Source: a bacterium
GTDB taxonomy: Bacteria > JAHJDO01
Assembly (NCBI GenBank): GCA_043824255.1
Contig: JBDRTG010000041.1
Location: 1 to 12,495 of the forward strand
Direction of reading: 5' to 3'
Length of the DNA: 12,495 nucleotides
Both the position numbers and the translations under genes were made by a program. This document shows positions 8,368-12,495 of this stretch, one piece after another; the first letter of the stretch is position 1, and every line of letters starts with the position of its first letter. The notes below the pieces were generated by a model. The model did not search any database. It saw only the letters and a list, made by a program, of their open reading frames with translations, and was not told the origin of the DNA.

Positions 8368-10695
8368 ATGTCAAAAGAAGATTTAGTTGGGAAGGTCGTA
8401 GGTAAGTATAAGATTGTAGAGAAGATTGGGGAAGGCGGTATGGGGATCGTGTATAAGGGAATTCAGATTTCCCTTAACCGTCCCGTAGCTATGAAGATGC
8501 TGCCTCAAAATCTAGCCTTAGATAAGGATTTTGTAACAAGGTTCAAGCAGGAGGCTTTATCTGTGGCCAAGCTGAATCACCGTAATATTATACAGGTATA
8601 TGATACTGAGCAGTTGGAAGGCAATTATTTTATTATTATGGAATACATTGAAGGCGAGACACTGGATGAGTTGTTAAAGAGAAAGAAAATGCTTCCATTG
8701 GATTTTACTTTAGAAGTCTTACAGCAAGTTGGAATGGCTCTTTCCTACGCTCATAAGCATGGAGTTGTTCACCGCGATGTTAAACCAGGCAATATCATGA
8801 TTGCAGCGGACGGCAGTATAAAGGTAATGGATTTTGGTATTGCCAAGGTGCAGGATTCAAGCGTTAAAACCAAAACAGGAATGAGCATAGGAACTCCGGA
8901 ATACATGTCCCCTGAGCAGGTCAAGGGCACAGGGGTTGATTCCAAATCTGATATGTATGCTTTTGGAGTTCTCTCATACCGCATGTTAGCCGGAGAACTC
9001 CCTTTTAAAGGCAAGGATCCATTTGCCACTGCCTATAAACACATGCATGAGGATGTTCCCAGTCCGCGTGCTAAAAATCCCAAAATCTCACTTGAAACAG
9101 AGGAGATGGTATTAAAATGCATGAAGAAAGACAAGGATCAGCGTTATCAGGATATGAATGATGTTATAGATCTCCTTAAGAGGCTTCTTCGTCAGCCTGC
9201 TACAACTGATGGCAAAACAGTAGCTATTCCTGGAGACGCAGGAGCCACTGTTATGGCAAAGGATATTGTTAAAAAAGCAAAGATGCCAATCAAAGCTATT
9301 GTTCCAGCAGTTTTGTTAGTGGTTATAATTATTGGTATTTACATAGCAATAAGTACCGGCAAAAAAGACATTCCTTCTCCGCATGTTGTTGAAAAGCCCG
9401 CTATTGATAAAGGGAAAACAGTGGAAAAGAAAGTAGAAGAAATAATCGCTAAAGACATAGAGCAGCAGAAACTTGTCGTTACTAAAGAAGAAGAGCCGGA
9501 AAAGAAAAAAGTCCTTGAAGCAGAAGATTTACGATTGGCGGAGATGAAAAAGAAAAATGAAGAGAAGATAAAGGCAAATCTTATTAGAGGGAAGATACGT
9601 TTCAACTTAGGCGCACAAAATCCCGGTGAATATAAGCTAGCTATAGAGCATTTTGAAACTGTTCTAGAGCTTGATCCTGGCAATGTAGAAGCCAGAGAAT
9701 ATAAACGTCTTGCCATGGAGGGAATTATTAGAGCAGAAATGCAGGCAAAAGCAAAGCCTAAAGAACGAGTAGAGGAGAAGGAGCAGAAAAAGCAGGAGAA
9801 ATTAGCTAAGGTGGATAAAGACAAAGTGATTTGGCCTGTCGGCAAGAAGATTCCAATAGGAGGACTGTTTAGATTTGATAGTGTTATTGGCAAGAATACG
9901 CAGATAAATTTTATTCAGGGGATAACAATTGATAATTCAGATAATATTTATGTAATAGATACAGTAGGCAAGCAAAACAGCAGTGTCCTTAAGCTCAGTC
10001 CAAAAGGGGATCTTTTGGCAGCCTGGCAAAATAAGGATATTGGCAGACCAATGGATATTGATGTTGATAAAGAGGGCAATGTTTATATTTGTAATATGTC
10101 CACATATTCCATTAATAAGTTTAGTCCGGAAGGGACGTTGGTTGCAAGCATTGGGAAGCGGGGCCATGGCAAGGGTCAACTTGACCAACCTCGTGGCGTG
10201 GCAGTAGATAAAGAGGGGAATGTTTATGTGGCAGACACCCGGCATTACAGAATACAAAAATTTGATAAAGATGGGAACTATTTGACTGCCTGGGGCAGGA
10301 GCGGCGCGGGCAATTCGCAGTTTAGCTATATATGGGATGTAGCAGCAGATGAATCTGGAAATGTGTATGCTCTGGATTATAAATTAGGCAATGTTCAGAA
10401 GTTTGACAGCGCAGGGAATTTTCTATTAAAATTCGGCAGACTTGGGCAGCGGCCGCAAAAAATAGCTATAAATAATGGCTATGTGTTTGTAGTTAGTGCT
10501 GCAAATATGATTCAGGTCTTTGATGCAAGCGGCAATTATATAACTAAGTGGGGAAGCCGTGGGGGCGGTGACGGCCAATTTAATTCACCAACCGGCATAG
10601 CTTTTGACTCAAAAGGATATATTTATGTAACTGATACTGGAAATAGACGTCAACTTATCAATAGCAGAATCCAGAAATTTAGACCTCCGCAATAG
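8368..10695 (+). CDS. Hanks-type Ser/Thr protein kinase with TM, charged stalk/TPR and C-terminal NHL-repeat beta-propeller
   Basis: GEGGMG, VAMK, HRDVKPGN, DFG, GTPEYMSPE, SDMY motifs; TM IVPAVLLVVIIIGIYIAI; TPR AIEHFETVLELDPGNVEA; about six NHL repeats (QLDQPRGVAVDKEGNVYVADT, QFNSPTGIAFDSKGYIYVTDT). Confidence 0.95.
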   Translation: MSKEDLVGKVVGKYKIVEKIGEGGMGIVYKGIQISLNRPVAMKMLPQNLALDKDFVTRFKQEALSVAKLNHRNIIQVYDTEQLEGNYFIIMEYIEGETLDELLKRKKMLPLDFTLEVLQQVGMALSYAHKHGVVHRDVKPGNIMIAADGSIKVMDFGIAKVQDSSVKTKTGMSIGTPEYMSPEQVKGTGVDSKSDMYAFGVLSYRMLAGELPFKGKDPFATAYKHMHEDVPSPRAKNPKISLETEEMVLKCMKKDKDQRYQDMNDVIDLLKRLLRQPATTDGKTVAIPGDAGATVMAKDIVKKAKMPIKAIVPAVLLVVIIIGIYIAISTGKKDIPSPHVVEKPAIDKGKTVEKKVEEIIAKDIEQQKLVVTKEEEPEKKKVLEAEDLRLAEMKKKNEEKIKANLIRGKIRFNLGAQNPGEYKLAIEHFETVLELDPGNVEAREYKRLAMEGIIRAEMQAKAKPKERVEEKEQKKQEKLAKVDKDKVIWPVGKKIPIGGLFRFDSVIGKNTQINFIQGITIDNSDNIYVIDTVGKQNSSVLKLSPKGDLLAAWQNKDIGRPMDIDVDKEGNVYICNMSTYSINKFSPEGTLVASIGKRGHGKGQLDQPRGVAVDKEGNVYVADTRHYRIQKFDKDGNYLTAWGRSGAGNSQFSYIWDVAADESGNVYALDYKLGNVQKFDSAGNFLLKFGRLGQRPQKIAINNGYVFVVSAANMIQVFDASGNYITKWGSRGGGDGQFNSPTGIAFDSKGYIYVTDTGNRRQLINSRIQKFRPPQ

Positions 10696-10760
10696 AGAGG
10701 AAGTATTTAATACTGACGTTATATTTCCTGCTGTCAAAAAAGATACATCAAAATCTATCT

Positions 10761-10784
10761 GTAGGGGCACAATATCTTGTGCCC
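10761..10784 (+). repeat. GTAG-type REP-like palindrome (copy A)
   Basis: GTAG + GGGCACAA-TATC-TTGTGCCC; exact reverse complement occurs at 12294-12317. Confidence 0.8.
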
Positions 10785-10791
10785 TTTTTTT
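10765..10791 (+). terminator. Intrinsic terminator candidate for the tad-kinase operon (formed by REP copy A)
   Basis: 8-bp stem, 4-nt loop, followed by 7 T (10785-10791), about 70 nt after the kinase stop. Confidence 0.65.
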
Positions 10792-10792
10792 G

Positions 10793-10826
10793 TGTCGTTG
10801 CGAAGAGCGAAGCGATGTGGCAATCT
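10793..10826 (+). repeat. Degenerate CGTC/TGTC-type palindromic repeat
   Basis: TGTCGTTGCGAAGAGCGAAGCGATGTGGCAATCT resembles the widespread GTCATTGCGAG...GCGAAGCGAC..GGCAATCT repeat; TTGC/GCAA arms. Confidence 0.6.
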
Positions 10827-10852
10827 TTTTGTAATTCTCCGATTTACATATT

Positions 10853-10883
10853 GTAGGGGCGGGGCTTGCCCCCGCCCTTTTTT
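10853..10883 (+). repeat. Second GTAG-type REP-like palindrome with T-tract (possible second terminator)
   Basis: GTAG + GGGCGGGG-CTTGC-CCCCGCCC (10853-10877) followed by TTTTTT. Confidence 0.72.
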
Positions 10884-10955
10884 CTTTATGTCTATTTTTA
10901 TTGAGATTTTAGGCAATTTGAGGTAGGGTAGTATTAAAGTAACAGTAAACATTCA

Positions 10956-12116
10956 ATGATTGATGTTATGCATTCGAAGATATTATTATGGCTAAATATA
11001 TTTGCTTATGCAGTTTATATGGATACAAATGGATTACGTTCTGCAGGACAATCTCTAAATGAACCATGGATCAATGAGCTTCTATCAATTACAAATAAGT
11101 ACGGTATAAGCTTGTGTATTTGCGAACTTGTTCTTAACGAATGGTGTGAGCATATTTTTGAAATACTTGCAAGTAACCGACAGAAGCTATTATCCTCAAT
11201 TAAGATACTAAAAGATTATAATATACAGATTCCGCACATTGAATCGAAGGATATCGGCCTCCTGAAAAAACATGACTTTATTAAAATTGTTACTCAGAAA
11301 TTGGAAAATTCTGGTTTTACTATAGTTGAAAATTGGGATGCTCCTCTATCAAAACTTATAGATGAAGCTGTGATAAAAAAACCACCGTTTGAGCATGGTG
11401 GCAAAGGTTTCTGTGATGCAGTCATATTAGAAAGCTATGTTGAGCATGCAAAAGCAAACTTTTCAGATAAAAGAGTGATAGTAATTAGCAACGATGCTGC
11501 AGTCCAGCGATCTGAAGATAGGTTCAATAGTTCAGGTGTAACAGTCGATTTTTTAGGGCAATCCAATATAGTTGAAAAGCTAAAAGCTTTATTAAATGAC
11601 GAGATTGCTACATTCATAAAGGAAAGAAAAAAACGCCTAAAGAAATACATTCTAGAATATGAATCTAAGATAATCGATTATGTAAAAAGACACCCCTTTG
11701 AGATTACTGACTGGATGATTGATGGTCGTTATACAAAGGAAGCGAACTGTATTGATGGTTCAATTGAAAGGCTTATTTCTGTTAGACCAACAAAGATAAC
11801 TAGTGTAATCGACGGGACTAAACCTTATGGAGAAGAGATACCTTCAGATAGATATCCGGTACAGATCTTCGTTGAATTAGAGATTGACCTTGTTGTTAAG
11901 TCCTACGGTTTTAGTCGCCCTAGCCTAAAGAGGGCCACTGTTCAACCGGATATTATAAACGAAAATTCCCCAGTTATCTTCGAGGATACAGTTGATTACA
12001 ATCCTAAAGAAATTACTAAGACAATTAAGAGAAGCGTATCGGTATTTGCAACCTTGGATGCCGAGAAGGAAAAGAAAAATATTCTTGATGACTTAAAAAT
12101 CGTTAAAGTAAATTAA
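10956..12116 (+). CDS. PIN-like domain protein (DUF4935-type) with uncharacterised C-terminal region; start uncertain
   Basis: Acidic PIN-type motifs: VYMDTN, ELVLNEW, KKPPF...KGFCDAVILESY, VISND. Visibly more AT-rich than the upstream operon; no good RBS at 10956. Confidence 0.7.
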   Translation: MIDVMHSKILLWLNIFAYAVYMDTNGLRSAGQSLNEPWINELLSITNKYGISLCICELVLNEWCEHIFEILASNRQKLLSSIKILKDYNIQIPHIESKDIGLLKKHDFIKIVTQKLENSGFTIVENWDAPLSKLIDEAVIKKPPFEHGGKGFCDAVILESYVEHAKANFSDKRVIVISNDAAVQRSEDRFNSSGVTVDFLGQSNIVEKLKALLNDEIATFIKERKKRLKKYILEYESKIIDYVKRHPFEITDWMIDGRYTKEANCIDGSIERLISVRPTKITSVIDGTKPYGEEIPSDRYPVQIFVELEIDLVVKSYGFSRPSLKRATVQPDIINENSPVIFEDTVDYNPKEITKTIKRSVSVFATLDAEKEKKNILDDLKIVKVN

Positions 12117-12119
12117 AAC

Positions 12120-12198
12120 GCTTAACAACCTTAACAACAGAATACGGATGTGAGTTCCGTTGCCGCTTCACTCATACCGATGATTCGGAGCATTATAT
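12120..12198 (+). other. Degenerate integron attC-like recombination site
   Basis: GCTTAAC (RYYYAAC) 3 nt after the stop; imperfect hairpin GAAT-A-CGG-A-TGTGAG...CTCATA-CCG-ATG-ATTC with an unpaired base; ends in GC-ATTATAT where a GTT core is expected. Confidence 0.55.
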
Positions 12199-12253
12199 GA
12201 GTACCACGACAGATTCGTGCGTAAATAAATAAAGCACTCAAATCTTTAAACAT

Positions 12254-12284
12254 CTAGATTCCCCAATCAAATCAAAGAATGACA
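12254..12284 (-). repeat. Degenerate CGTC/TGTC-type palindromic repeat (inverted)
   Basis: Minus strand TGTCATTCTTTGATTTGATTGGGGAATCTAG resembles GTCATTCCCGACTTGATCGGGAATC-type repeats. Confidence 0.45.
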
Positions 12285-12293
12285 AACGAGATT

Positions 12294-12317
12294 GGGCACA
12301 AGATATTGTGCCCCTAC
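12294..12317 (-). repeat. GTAG-type REP-like palindrome (copy A', inverted)
   Basis: GGGCACAAGATATTGTGCCCCTAC is the exact 24/24 reverse complement of 10761-10784. Confidence 0.8.
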
Positions 12318-12356
12318 TAAAGCAGGCGGTTGCGGCGGAGGGGACAACAGACTGAC

Positions 12357-12495
12357 TGTAATACCAAAATGATAATGTCCTAATTAGCCAAAATAGAAAT
12401 GTCCGCTTTTAAGGAAGCTATAATACCCGATTTGAGAGGAGGGTATTATGGCAGAAAGGGACATAATCATGGCGAGTCAAAGGGAATTAAAGCGT
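12357..12495 (+). mobile_element. Left end of an ISNCY/IS1202-like insertion sequence (truncated by window)
   Basis: Begins TGT; two 17-bp subterminal direct repeats CCAAAATGATAATGTCC (12364-12380) and CCAAAATAGAAATGTCC (12388-12404); TATAAT at 12419-12424; AGGAGG at 12437-12442; ORF start follows. Confidence 0.65.
12448..12495 (+). CDS. N-terminus of probable ISNCY/IS1202-like transposase (partial)
   Basis: Strong RBS then MAERDIIMASQRELKR, which matches my recollection of the N-terminus of ISNCY-family transposases (M..KDII.MS..EL.R); only 16 codons visible. Confidence 0.62.
   Translation, partial: MAERDIIMASQRELKR

Noticed and set aside
10063..10230. Near-identical nucleotide repeats GATAAAGAGGG(C/G)AATGTTTAT
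   Set aside because: They simply encode adjacent NHL repeats (DKEGNVY) of the kinase propeller.
658..10257. Numerous minus-strand ORFs (e.g. 658-1014, 2573-2956, 6273-6617, 6873-7244, 9339-9893, 9937-10257) and short alternative-frame + ORFs (7148-7399, 9983-10207)
   Set aside because: They lie wholly within well-supported + strand genes and are S/F/I/L-rich shadows of K/E-rich coding sequence, with no recognisable motifs.
5342..10695. T6SS (Fha/PpkA) or T3SS (SctD/SctC) interpretation of the FHA, kinase and secretin genes
   Set aside because: No Tss or Sct core genes are present; the ATPase and platform proteins are clearly CpaF/TadB/TadC type.
10755..10952. 65-aa minus-strand ORF as a possible antitoxin or small protein
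   Set aside because: It is a translation of the REP/terminator cluster (GRGQAPPLQ and GHKILCPY are typical REP read-throughs); no RBS or domain evidence.
11435..11650. 71-aa antisense ORF inside the PIN gene
   Set aside because: Shadow ORF without supporting signals.
10761..12317. Classical IS or transposon with 24-bp terminal inverted repeats
   Set aside because: The enclosed ORF is PIN-like rather than a transposase, the repeats are internally palindromic GTAG REPs, and no target-site duplication is visible.
10761..12404. CRISPR array suggested by short palindromic and direct repeats
   Set aside because: No run of three or more identical direct repeats with regular spacers and no cas genes; better explained as REPs and IS-end repeats.

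Overview
Bacterial (diderm, AT-rich) window dominated by a tightly coupled 8-gene + strand operon (170-10695). It encodes a Tad/Flp-type pilus core (BON-containing CpaC/RcpA secretin, FHA-fused CpaF/TadA ATPase, TadB, TadC), a DUF192-like protein, two FHA-TM-TPR membrane proteins and a Hanks-type Ser/Thr kinase with an extracytoplasmic NHL beta-propeller. The architecture resembles the FHA-equipped Tad-like Kil contact-killing apparatus of predatory Myxococcota, but here a kinase is co-encoded and candidate phospho-Thr docking motifs (D/E-E-K-T) recur in all three FHA proteins. Upstream is a divergent promoter region with paired N15 palindromes. Downstream is an accessory patch: a PIN-like (DUF4935-type) gene followed by a degenerate attC-like site, bracketed by an exact 24-bp inverted pair of GTAG-type REP palindromes. 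The window ends in the left end and first codons of an ISNCY/IS1202-like transposase. All calls are from visual motif recognition; no database searches were run.
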